From Steroidobacteraceae bacterium (lineage in GTDB: Bacteria > Pseudomonadota > Gammaproteobacteria > Steroidobacterales > Steroidobacteraceae), in contig DATKBK010000129.1 of assembly GCA_035514045.1 (NCBI GenBank), positions 1-39,864 on the forward strand: 39,864 nucleotides of DNA, given 5' to 3'. The notes beneath the pieces were generated by a model, which saw nothing but the letters and a program-made list of their open reading frames with translations, ran no database searches and was not told the DNA's origin. Below, piece by piece: positions 31,944 through 39,864 of the stretch (position 1 is the stretch's first letter; each line of letters opens with the position of its first letter). A program made the translations under genes and the position numbers.

Positions 31944-31973
31944 ATCTTAGGAACCACGGCGGGCTTATGTCAA
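31944..31973 (-). promoter_or_regulatory. Pmra-like sigma70 promoter TTGACA-18 nt-TAAGAT
   Basis: Minus-strand TTGACA lies at 31973-31968 and TAAGAT at 31949-31944. The predicted TSS is immediately upstream of the first MraZ box. Confidence 0.6.
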
Positions 31974-32091
31974 CGGCGCGACGGGATTTTTTTGTTTACG
32001 CCACAACGACTTACGCGCGTTCGCAAAAGTGGGACGCGCGTCTCGAAAGAACTCTTTGGGATTCCGGCACTTGGGGTGGGAACCTAGAAAA

Positions 32092-32471
<380 letters not shown>

Positions 32472-32574
32472 CCCGCGCGCACCTTAGCACCTTCGCGCCT
32501 GCGACACGCTTGCCCATCCCCGCCCCAAGCGCCCAGAATCAAACGCCCGATCATGCAGCGAAAGAGGCAGGCTC

Positions 32575-33093
32575 ATGAAGACTCGCGCCACCATCAGATT
32601 CGCCGCCGCCACGGCATTGGCGATCGCACTGCCGCTGCTGGCCGCAGAACGCCTCGCGGTGAAGGCTGGACTGTGGGAGAACACGGTCACCATGGAAATG
32701 AAGGGCCTGGCCATTCCCGCCGCGCAGCTTGAAGCTATGCCGCCGGCGCAGCGAGCCCAGATGGAGCAAATGATGAAGCAGATGGGTGTCGGCGCACCGC
32801 GCACCACCACCGAAAGCTCCTGCCTCACCGAGAAAGACCTGGATGGCAACGCATTCCGGGAGGCGCTGGAAGATCCAAGCCAGGACTGCGACTACACGCA
32901 GGTGACCGGCACATCAAAGCGCCAGGAATGGACTTTCCAGTGCAGGACCCAGGCCGGCAATGCCACCGGCCGGATGGTGGTGGACGTGGTCAGCGACACC
33001 CAGGTGCGCGGCACCATGGAAGTGCGGATGCCGCAGGGCGGCATGGACATGAAGTTCGACTCGAAGTGGAAGTCCGCCGACTGCCCCGGCTGA
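32575..33093 (+). CDS. Secreted DUF3617-like protein
   Basis: Signal peptide MKTRATIRFAAATALAIALPLLAAE, then GLWENTVTME, four spaced Cys residues, and a Met-rich stretch (MPPAQRAQMEQMMKQM). AGAGG RBS 8 nt upstream. The family call is from memory of the DUF3617 pattern. Confidence 0.6.
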   Translation: MKTRATIRFAAATALAIALPLLAAERLAVKAGLWENTVTMEMKGLAIPAAQLEAMPPAQRAQMEQMMKQMGVGAPRTTTESSCLTEKDLDGNAFREALEDPSQDCDYTQVTGTSKRQEWTFQCRTQAGNATGRMVVDVVSDTQVRGTMEVRMPQGGMDMKFDSKWKSADCPG

Positions 33094-33109
33094 GGATTCC
33101 CGCTGGGCT

Positions 33110-33799
33110 TCAGCCCGCCGGCTCCATGCCGTAACGTAGCTTGAGTGAAGCTGCGGCAGGGGCGGCCAGGTGCGCCAGCAGCGCGCGTGCTGCCGCAGGC
33201 TGGGCGCTTGCCGCGCCCACGCCGCCGGCAAACACCGTCATGGTCTGGATCGCGTCAGGCAGCGGCCCCAGTACCTCGATGCCCTGCAGGTTCATCAGTT
33301 CGGAGAGCTGCTGGAAGCCCAGCGCAGCACGCCCGTCCGCCACCAGAGTGCCGACCGGCACGCCCGGCGGCGGCACCACGATGCGCGGACGGATCTGCCC
33401 GAGAATTTCCCAGCGCGCAAACAGCTGCTCCAGATAAACACCGCTCGGACCGGTTGAATAGCTCAGCGAAGGCGCCGCGAGCACGGCTGCCTTCACCTCG
33501 GCTTCACTCGCCACCGCAGGACGCGGTGTGCCGGCACGCACCGCCATGGCCACGCCGGAGCGCACCAGGTCGACGCGTGCGCCGGCCAGGCGTCCTTCTG
33601 CCAGCATTTTGTCGATGGCACTGGCAGCCAGCACCACCACATCGAAGACCTCGCCGGCACTGATGCGCCGCGCAACTTCCACCCCGCCCCCAGCTTCTGT
33701 TTTGACCGTGATGCCGGTTTCGCGCTGGTACAACGCCGCCAGCGCCGCCAGCAACTCGCGGGTGGCCATCGATGAAACCAGCTTCAGGGTCGGATTCAC
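33110..33799 (-). CDS. ModA-like type 2 periplasmic-binding-fold protein lacking a signal peptide
   Basis: LKLVSSMATRELLAALAALYQRETGITVKTEAGGGVEVARRISAGEVFDVVVLA resembles the ModA/PBP2 N-lobe. There is no N-terminal hydrophobic leader. GTG start at 33799 forms GTGA with the rsmI stop. No transporter genes are nearby. Confidence 0.65.
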   Translation of the reverse strand: MNPTLKLVSSMATRELLAALAALYQRETGITVKTEAGGGVEVARRISAGEVFDVVVLAASAIDKMLAEGRLAGARVDLVRSGVAMAVRAGTPRPAVASEAEVKAAVLAAPSLSYSTGPSGVYLEQLFARWEILGQIRPRIVVPPPGVPVGTLVADGRAALGFQQLSELMNLQGIEVLGPLPDAIQTMTVFAGGVGAASAQPAAARALLAHLAAPAAASLKLRYGMEPAG

Positions 33800-34656
33800 G
33801 GCACTTCCACTTCGTCTATGAACTGTTCAGCGTCGCCGCGCCGCAGGAGCGCATACACCTCGGCCTTGCGTCGGCCGCAAAGCTGCGCGACCACTGCGGC
33901 GGCGCGCGCCGGTGGCAGCTCGGCCGTCAGCAGGTCGAGCGCGCGGCGCACGAAGGCATCGTCGGGCCCGGCCGCGGCTGCGGCGCCAGCCACCACCAGC
34001 GTGATCTCGCCGCGCTGGAAATTGGGATCTTCCGCCGCGATTTGCAGCAGCCTTTCGAGGCTGCCGCGATATACGCTTTCGTGCAGCTTGGTCAGTTCGC
34101 GCGCCACCGCTGCCTCGCGGCCGGCGCCGAAGATCTCGCTCAGGTCCGAGAGGGTTTCGGCAATGCGATGCGGCGCTTCGAAGAAAACCATGGTGCGCGT
34201 TTCCCCTGCCAGCTGGCGCAGCGTGGTGCGGCGCGCGGCCGGCCGCGCGGGCAGAAAGCCCTCGAAGCAGAACCGGTCGGCAGCAAGGCCGCTCAGCGAC
34301 AGCGCCAGCAGCACCGCCGATGGCCCGGGCGTCACGCCCACTGCCACGCCGGCTTCCAGCGCGGCCCGCAGGGTGAGAAAGCCGGGATCCGAAATCATGG
34401 GCATGCCGGCATCACTCACCACCACCACCAGCGCCCCGCCCTGCGCGCGCTGCACCAGCTCGTCGCGGCGCTGGGCCTCGTTATGCTCGTGCAGCGACAA
34501 CAGCGGACGCTCCACGCCCAGCTGCCGCAGCAATCCGGCCGTGTGGCGCGTATCTTCGGCTGCGATGATGTCGGCACATGCCAACAGTTCGCGGGCGCGG
34601 GGCGACAGATCGGCAAGATTGCCGATTGGTGTTGCAATGAATTCGATTCGCCCCAC
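33796..34656 (-). CDS. rsmI: 16S rRNA (cytidine1402-2'-O)-methyltransferase RsmI
   Basis: IEFIATPIGNLADLSPRARELLACADIIAAEDTRHTAGLL is colinear with the E. coli RsmI N-terminus. Start candidates are GTG 34656, GTG 34662 and TTG 34683. The 412-aa ORF-track entry is an artefactual extension. Confidence 0.9.
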   Translation of the reverse strand: MGRIEFIATPIGNLADLSPRARELLACADIIAAEDTRHTAGLLRQLGVERPLLSLHEHNEAQRRDELVQRAQGGALVVVVSDAGMPMISDPGFLTLRAALEAGVAVGVTPGPSAVLLALSLSGLAADRFCFEGFLPARPAARRTTLRQLAGETRTMVFFEAPHRIAETLSDLSEIFGAGREAAVARELTKLHESVYRGSLERLLQIAAEDPNFQRGEITLVVAGAAAAAGPDDAFVRRALDLLTAELPPARAAAVVAQLCGRRKAEVYALLRRGDAEQFIDEVEVP

Positions 34657-34664
34657 AGCCACCC

Positions 34665-34670
34665 TATAAT
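34665..34670 (+). promoter_or_regulatory. Perfect TATAAT hexamer 7 nt upstream of the lpoA ATG (possible -10 of a leaderless transcript)
   Basis: tataat at 34665-34670 in otherwise GC-rich sequence. No good -35 lies at 16-18 nt (best is ttcgat). The same AT-rich octamer could serve the divergent rsmI. Confidence 0.3.
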
Positions 34671-34677
34671 CGCAAGC

Positions 34678-36546
34678 ATGCAAGTCATCCGCCACGTCAC
34701 TTTCAGGATGCTCGCCGCCGGCGCACTGCTGGCGCTGCTGGCCTCCTGCCAGACCACGCCCGGGGGTCCCGGACCTGCCTCGGCCACGCGGGCCGAGCGG
34801 CTGCTGCGCCAGGGCAACCACGTCGAGGCGGCGCGGATGTATGAGCAGTTGGCCAGCAACAACCCCGCGCCCGCGCGTGACGAGTTCGCGCTCATCGCCA
34901 CCCGCGCCTGGCTCGATGCCAATCGCGCCGATGACGCGCAGCGTGCGCTGGAACTCACCGGTCCGCAGCTGCCCACCACCCAGCACTTCGAGCGCGAGCT
35001 GCTGCGGGCCGAGGTCGGCACGGCGCGAGGGCAATACCAGGCCGCCTGGCAGCAGTTGTCACGGCTGCCCGTACCGGCGCTCGCCGCAGACGCCAACCGC
35101 CTGTTCCACCTGCGCCAGCAGGTGGCGCTGCGCGCCGGCGAGACCGCCGCGGCAGTGCAGGCCGGCATCGCGCGCGAGCGCATCGCACCGGACGAAAGCG
35201 GTCGCAACCGCGCGCGGCGCGACCTGCTCTCCGACCTGCGTTCGGCCATCGACCGCGGCCTGCGCGTCGATCCGGCCACCAGCACCGATCCAATTGAGCG
35301 CGGTTGGATCGAGGTCGCGCAGATTGCCTCGCAGGCGGGACGTAGCCCGCTGAGCGCCAATGCCATGATCGATCGCTGGCGGCAGCGCTTTCCGGGCCAC
35401 TCGGCCTCCACCATCGTGGTGAGCGAAATCCTCGATCCGGCCGCGCGGCCCGATGCCGCCGGCGGCCGGCTGGCGCCAGTCACCGGACCGGTTGCCTTGC
35501 TGCTGCCCTTGTCCGATCGTGGCCTTGCGGCAACCGCGGGATTGATCCGCGATGGCTTCCAGTGGCATGCGACCAGACAGACTGCTGCGGGGCTCGCCGA
35601 CCTGCGCGTCTACGACACCTCGACCCTGACGGTGGCCGCTGCAATGCAACGGGCAGTGGCCGATGGCGCCAGCTTCATCGTCGGGCCGCTGACCCGCGAA
35701 GACGTGCAGGCGGCTGCCGAGCGGCGCCCGGCGCATGTGCCGATGCTGCTGCTCAACACCCTGCCCGCCGGCGGCGGCGCAGGCGCCTGGCAATACGCGC
35801 TCGCTCCCGAAGACGAGGCGCGGCAGATCGCCCGCCAGATCGCCGGCGCCGGCGGTCGCAGCGCGGTGGTGGTGACACCGGCCGACGGATGGGGACAGCG
35901 CGTCGCCGCCGCCTTCACCGAAGAATTCACGGCTGCCGGCGGCAGCGTATTGGCGGAAGGCCAGTACGCGCTGGCACGCAACGACATCGAAGCCACCCTG
36001 GTCGCCGTGCTGGGCATCGATGCCAGCCGCCGGCGCCACGAGCGCGTGCAGGGCCTGGTCGGCACGCGCGTGGAGCCTGACCCGCGGCCGGCGCCGGGCA
36101 TCGATGCGATTTTCGCCGCCGGCCACCAGGCACTGGCGATGCGCCAGATCCGCCCCTACCTGCGGCAGCACAATGCGATCGACATCCCCACCTACATGAC
36201 CAGCGAGGGCGTGGATGGTGACCGTTCCGCCAATCGCGACCTCGAGGGCATGCGGCTGGTCGAAATGCCCTGGACGCTCGATACGGTTGGCGCGGCCTAC
36301 GATGTGCGCAGCGCCAGCGAAGGCGCCTGGAGCGCGCGCGGCAGTGCGCGCGACTCGCGCTACTTCGCGTTCGGCTACGATGCCGCGCGGCTGGCCGCTG
36401 CGCTGCGCAGCGGCATCGTCGCCTGGCCGCTGGACGGTGTCACCGGTCGCCTCAACCTGACCCCGGACGGACGCATCGAGCGCCAGCTGAACTGGGCGCG
36501 CATGCGTGACGGCATGTTGCAGCCAGCCAACCCCGCTGACCCCTGA
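34678..36546 (+). CDS. lpoA: Penicillin-binding protein activator LpoA (LppC family lipoprotein)
   Basis: Lipoprotein signal MQVIRHVTFRMLAAGALLALLASC (lipobox LASC), a TPR-like N-domain, and a C-terminal type 1 periplasmic-binding-like domain (VALLLPLSDRGLAATAGLIRDGF). Divergent from rsmI and followed by yraN, as in E. coli. ORF-track residues upstream of 34678 are antisense to rsmI. Confidence 0.8.
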   Translation: MQVIRHVTFRMLAAGALLALLASCQTTPGGPGPASATRAERLLRQGNHVEAARMYEQLASNNPAPARDEFALIATRAWLDANRADDAQRALELTGPQLPTTQHFERELLRAEVGTARGQYQAAWQQLSRLPVPALAADANRLFHLRQQVALRAGETAAAVQAGIARERIAPDESGRNRARRDLLSDLRSAIDRGLRVDPATSTDPIERGWIEVAQIASQAGRSPLSANAMIDRWRQRFPGHSASTIVVSEILDPAARPDAAGGRLAPVTGPVALLLPLSDRGLAATAGLIRDGFQWHATRQTAAGLADLRVYDTSTLTVAAAMQRAVADGASFIVGPLTREDVQAAAERRPAHVPMLLLNTLPAGGGAGAWQYALAPEDEARQIARQIAGAGGRSAVVVTPADGWGQRVAAAFTEEFTAAGGSVLAEGQYALARNDIEATLVAVLGIDASRRRHERVQGLVGTRVEPDPRPAPGIDAIFAAGHQALAMRQIRPYLRQHNAIDIPTYMTSEGVDGDRSANRDLEGMRLVEMPWTLDTVGAAYDVRSASEGAWSARGSARDSRYFAFGYDAARLAAALRSGIVAWPLDGVTGRLNLTPDGRIERQLNWARMRDGMLQPANPADP

Positions 36547-36572
36547 TCGCACCAGCAAGGGGCACCGAAAGA

Positions 36573-36965
36573 ATGCGAGCTGCCCAGCCTCCCGACCGGC
36601 AGCGTCTCGGCCGCGATGCCGAGGATGCCGCCGCCCGGTTCCTGGCACAGCGGCAGGTGACCATCCTGGCCCGCAACTACCGCTGTCGCACCGGCGAGCT
36701 GGACATCATCGCCGAGACCGCAGACGGGGTGCTGGTGATTGCCGAAGTGCGGCTGCGGGCCGACACGCGTTATGGCGGCGGCGCAGCCAGCGTCGACTGG
36801 CGCAAGCAGCGTCGCATCCAGCGCGCCACCTGCCATCTGCTGGCCCGCCAGCCGGCGCTGGCGAGGCGGGCGATACGTTTCGACGTGCTCGACCTCGCAC
36901 CTGATGGTGCGGACGGTTATCGCATCGAGTGGATCAGGCAGGCATTCGAGGCCACGCCGCGCTAG
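36573..36965 (+). CDS. yraN: YraN family (UPF0102) endonuclease-like protein
   Basis: GRDAEDAAARFLAQRQVTILARNYRCRTGELDIIAE...LVIAEVRLR...IRFDVL is the characteristic UPF0102 pattern, and the gene follows lpoA. Confidence 0.85.
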   Translation: MRAAQPPDRQRLGRDAEDAAARFLAQRQVTILARNYRCRTGELDIIAETADGVLVIAEVRLRADTRYGGGAASVDWRKQRRIQRATCHLLARQPALARRAIRFDVLDLAPDGADGYRIEWIRQAFEATPR

Positions 36966-36972
36966 CAACAAG

Positions 36973-36985
36973 TGCGGGGCCGCAC
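36973..36985. terminator. Short GC hairpin exactly filling the gap between the convergent yraN and sspB stop codons
   Basis: GTGCG-GGGC-CGCAC (or a 6-bp stem with a 2-nt loop), followed by CTATTT on the plus strand and TTGTTG on the minus strand. The T-tracts are weak. Confidence 0.35.
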
Positions 36986-37420
36986 CTATTTGACGATCTT
37001 AAGGCTCGGCCGCTTCTTCGGCTTGTCCGTGCCACCGTCCGCCGTCGGCGGCGACGAACGCTCCTGACTGCCCGAGGCGCTGGTGTCTTCCGGCGGCGGC
37101 GAGGGCGGCTCTTCAGTGAACACCATGCCCTGCCCGGTCTCACGCGCGTAGATGCCCAGCACTGCCTCACAGGGCACGCAGATGCGGTGACTGACGCCGG
37201 AGAAGCGCGCGCTGAACTCCACCGATTCTGCACCGATGGCGAAGTTCTGCGTCGCCGAGGCCGAGATGTTGAGCACGATGCGCCCTTCCTTCACGAACTG
37301 GCGCGGCACCTGCACGACCTCGGAAGTTGCATCGACGATCAGGTGTGGCGTCCAGCCACAATCGACGATCCAGTCCAGCATGGCTCGCAGCAGATACGGG
37401 CGCCGCGAGAGTTCAGGCAA
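36986..37420 (-). CDS. sspB: ClpXP specificity-enhancing factor SspB
   Basis: RRPYLLRAMLDWIVDCGWTPHLIVDA...IVLNIS...FSG core, a low-complexity linker, and the ClpX-binding tail LKIVK. Confidence 0.9.
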   Translation of the reverse strand: MPELSRRPYLLRAMLDWIVDCGWTPHLIVDATSEVVQVPRQFVKEGRIVLNISASATQNFAIGAESVEFSARFSGVSHRICVPCEAVLGIYARETGQGMVFTEEPPSPPPEDTSASGSQERSSPPTADGGTDKPKKRPSLKIVK

Positions 37421-38018
37421 TGCGCATCTCCCGCTCCTGCGGCGACAGGCTCATGCGGAAGGCCGGCCGGGTGAACAGCAGGTTGGCGTACTTGAGCAGC
37501 GGCGTGAGGTCCTTGGGCAGGTCGATGCGGTAGCGCGGCAGGCGCCACAGGATGGGTGCCACGGTCACATCCACCAGCGACAGCTCGTCACTCATGAAAT
37601 AGGGCTTGCCGCGCACGAAGTCGGCGAACTGCACCACCAGGTCGCGCAGCTCCCCGCGCGTCTTGTCGGCCTCGGCACTGCCGGACGTACCCTTGTCGAG
37701 CCTGGTGGAAAGCGTGTACCAGTCGCGCTCGATGCGATGCAGGGCCAGCCGGAACTGCGCCCGCGACACCGGATCAACCGGCATCAGTGGCGGATGCGGG
37801 AAGCGCTCATCCAGGTACTCGATGATGATGCGCGAGTCGTACAGCACCAGGTCGCGATCGACCAGCGTGGGCAGGTTGTGGTCGGGATTCAGATCCAGCA
37901 GATCCTCCGGGAAACGCCCAGGAGTGACGCTGACGATCTCGATCTCGACATCCTTTTCCGCCAGAACAATGCGGGTCCGGTGGCTGGCAGCCTCGTCCGG
38001 AGCCGAGAACAGGGTCAT
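37413..38018 (-). CDS. sspA: Stringent starvation protein A (GST-like)
   Basis: MTLFSAPDEAASHRTRIVLAEKDV is colinear with E. coli SspA (MTLFSGPTDIYSHQVRIVLAEKGV). It overlaps the sspB start by 8 nt. ATG 38018 is preferred over GTG 38021. Confidence 0.93.
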   Translation of the reverse strand: MTLFSAPDEAASHRTRIVLAEKDVEIEIVSVTPGRFPEDLLDLNPDHNLPTLVDRDLVLYDSRIIIEYLDERFPHPPLMPVDPVSRAQFRLALHRIERDWYTLSTRLDKGTSGSAEADKTRGELRDLVVQFADFVRGKPYFMSDELSLVDVTVAPILWRLPRYRIDLPKDLTPLLKYANLLFTRPAFRMSLSPQEREMRIA

Positions 38019-38036
38019 CACGCCAGATCCGCCTCG

Positions 38037-38822
38037 TCAGTGAACGTCTTTCCAGTACTCGTTCTTCAGCATCCACGCGAAGGCAGTGAACAGCAGAAGG
38101 AACAACACCACCCACAGGCCGATGCTGCGTCGCTCGACCTGCGAAGGGTCGCCGGCATAGTCGAGGAAATTCACCGTGTCGCGCACGAAGCCGTCGAACT
38201 GCTCGGGCGTCATGCTGCCCAGGGCCAGGTACTCGAAGCTCTCGATCGCCGGCCCACCACCGTGCGCGCCGCCGGCTTCGCCGTGGGCGGCAAATACCGC
38301 GGCTTTCACGCCTTCAAGGCTCGACAGCACTGCCGGCATCGAAGCACCATCGAGCACCAGGTTGTTGGTGCCGGTTACCTTGGTCGGATCGGCTACGAAA
38401 CCTTTGAGGAACTGGTAGATCCAGTCCGGACCGCGCGAGCGCGCGGCGAGCGACAGGTCCGGCGGCGCCTTGCCGAACCAGGCCTCGCCATCGGCCGCCG
38501 GGAAACTGCTGAGGATGTAGTCGGCGGCTTTGGCACCAGGCGGCAGCAGCGACTGCGCCAGCATTTCGCTGGAGATCTGCATGTCTTCGGCCATGCGCGA
38601 CCAGCGCATGTACTTCAGCGAGTGGCACCCCAGACAGTAGTTGACGAAATTCGCCGCACCCCGCTGCAACGAGGCGGTGTTCTTCACTGCGTTGCCGGCA
38701 CGCCAGCCCTGCCAGTCGACGCCGGCGTCATGCCCGCCATCCGCAGCAGCCCCCGCCACGCCGGCAACCACCAGGCCCGCCAGCACCACCCATCTACGCC
38801 AGAATCCGGTCTGCATCGTCAC
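38037..38822 (-). CDS. petC: Cytochrome c1 of the ubiquinol-cytochrome c reductase (bc1) complex
   Basis: Signal/TM N-terminus, heme site CLGCHS (CxxCH), a C-terminal TM anchor (LWVVLFLLLFTAFAWML), and a position downstream of cytochrome b. Confidence 0.9.
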   Translation of the reverse strand: MTMQTGFWRRWVVLAGLVVAGVAGAAADGGHDAGVDWQGWRAGNAVKNTASLQRGAANFVNYCLGCHSLKYMRWSRMAEDMQISSEMLAQSLLPPGAKAADYILSSFPAADGEAWFGKAPPDLSLAARSRGPDWIYQFLKGFVADPTKVTGTNNLVLDGASMPAVLSSLEGVKAAVFAAHGEAGGAHGGGPAIESFEYLALGSMTPEQFDGFVRDTVNFLDYAGDPSQVERRSIGLWVVLFLLLFTAFAWMLKNEYWKDVH

Positions 38823-38828
38823 AAGCCT

Positions 38829-39864
38829 TCAATGCGATTTGGAAGTGAGCCGCTCGGGCACGCGCGCGGTGGACTCACCGCGGGTGTAGAAGGGCATCAG
38901 CAGGAAGAAGAGGAAATACAGCGCCGTGAAGATGCGCGCCAGCACCACGTAGATGCCTTCGGCTGGCTTGACGCCCAGGTAGCCCAGCATCAAGAACGAC
39001 ACCACGAAGACGCCCAGCGCGATCTTCCAGGTGAGCGGCCGGTAGCGCGTGGACTTGACCGGCGAGCGGTCGAGCCACGGCAGCACGATGAACACGGCCA
39101 CCGAAGCGGCCATCAGCAGCGCGCCCAGCTGCTGGTCCGGCACGGCGCGCAGGATGGCGTAGTACGGCGTGAAGTACCACACCGGGACGATATGGTCCGG
39201 CGTGGACAGCGGATTGGCCGGCTCGAAGTTCGGCTTCTCGAGGAACAGTCCGCCAAAGGTGGGCACGAAGAACACCACGACGGCGAACAGGATCAGGAAC
39301 ACGCCCAGTCCCACCAGATCCTTGACCGTGTAGTAGGGATGGAACGGAATGCCGTCAAGAGGCTTGCCGTCTGGTCCCTTCCTGTCCTTGATCTCGATGC
39401 CGTCGGGATTGTTCGAGCCGTTGTGGCGCAGCGCCACCAGATGCAGCGCCACCAGCAGCAGCAGCACCAGCGGCACCGCCACCACGTGCAGCGAGAAGAA
39501 GCGGCCCAGCGTGGCATCGGCAATGCCGTAATCGCCGCGGATCCACTCCACCAGGCCCGGCCCGATCACCGGAATGGTGCCGAACAGGTTGACGATCACC
39601 TGCGCACCCCAGAACGACATGTTGCCCCAGGGCAGCACGTAGCCCATGAAGGCCTCGGCCATCAGCGCCAGGTAAATCATCATGCCGAACAGCCACAGCA
39701 GCTCGCGCGGCGCCTTGTAGGAGCCGTAGAGCATGGCGCGGAACATGTGCAGGTAGACCACAATGAAGAAGAACGAAGCGCCGGTGGAATGCATGTAGCG
39801 CAGCAGCCACCCGAACGGCACCTCGCGCATGATGTATTCGACCGAGTCGAAGGCCGTGGCCTCG
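38829..39864 (-). CDS. petB: Cytochrome b of the bc1 complex, 5' end beyond the window edge
   Basis: The frame stays open to nt 39864 (...[42 protein letters not shown]). The PEWY-equivalent motif is VPVWYF, with polytopic helices throughout. Confidence 0.95.
   Translation of the reverse strand, partial: EATAFDSVEYIMREVPFGWLLRYMHSTGASFFFIVVYLHMFRAMLYGSYKAPRELLWLFGMMIYLALMAEAFMGYVLPWGNMSFWGAQVIVNLFGTIPVIGPGLVEWIRGDYGIADATLGRFFSLHVVAVPLVLLLLVALHLVALRHNGSNNPDGIEIKDRKGPDGKPLDGIPFHPYYTVKDLVGLGVFLILFAVVVFFVPTFGGLFLEKPNFEPANPLSTPDHIVPVWYFTPYYAILRAVPDQQLGALLMAASVAVFIVLPWLDRSPVKSTRYRPLTWKIALGVFVVSFLMLGYLGVKPAEGIYVVLARIFTALYFLFFLLMPFYTRGESTARVPERLTSKSH

Noticed and set aside
33772-34677. A 300-aa N-terminal extension of the lpoA ORF, which the track lists as 924 aa.
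   Set aside because: This part is antisense to the well-supported rsmI gene and has no recognisable features. A proper lipoprotein signal peptide with a lipobox begins at the internal ATG 34678.

Overview
High-GC gammaproteobacterial chromosome segment; gene content and order look Xanthomonadales/Lysobacterales-like (inference). About 37 of the 39.9 kb are conserved housekeeping genes. These are pilB-pilC-pilD-coaE-zapD (+), then secA-mutT plus a small conserved ORF (-), an M23 peptidase, a DUF721/DciA-like gene and lpxC. A complete, extremely compact dcw cluster follows on the minus strand: mraZ-rsmH-ftsL-ftsI-murE-murF-mraY-murD-ftsW-murG-murC-murB-ddl-ftsQ-ftsA-ftsZ. After it come RNase P RNA (rnpB), a two-gene insertion (DUF3617 protein plus a signal-less solute-binding protein), rsmI, the divergent lpoA-yraN pair, and sspB-sspA-petC-petB (petB runs off the right edge). 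The only clearly accessory DNA is the first ~2.7 kb upstream of pilB. It holds four consecutive toxin/nuclease-type genes, each apparently disabled. One is a Fic/Doc protein with Gln at the catalytic His. One is an RHH antitoxin fused to the last ~25 codons of a PIN toxin. One is an mqsR toxin gutted by a frameshift plus internal deletion, while its operator palindrome, the mqsA RBS and mqsA stay intact. One is an Rpn/YhgA-like nuclease (DUF4351) broken by a deletion plus frameshift. Regulatory signals readable from the sequence include a near-consensus Pmra promoter followed by three GTGGGT boxes at exact 10-bp spacing (MraZ operator), the MqsA operator, and a perfect TATAAT 7 nt upstream of the lpoA ATG. 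I saw no CRISPR array, tRNA, rRNA, IS element or integrase, and I cannot point to a convincing intact novel multi-gene system. All family assignments come from by-eye motif recognition in the ORF translations, with no database searches. Several start codons are my own choices, made from N-terminal conservation and stop/start overlaps.
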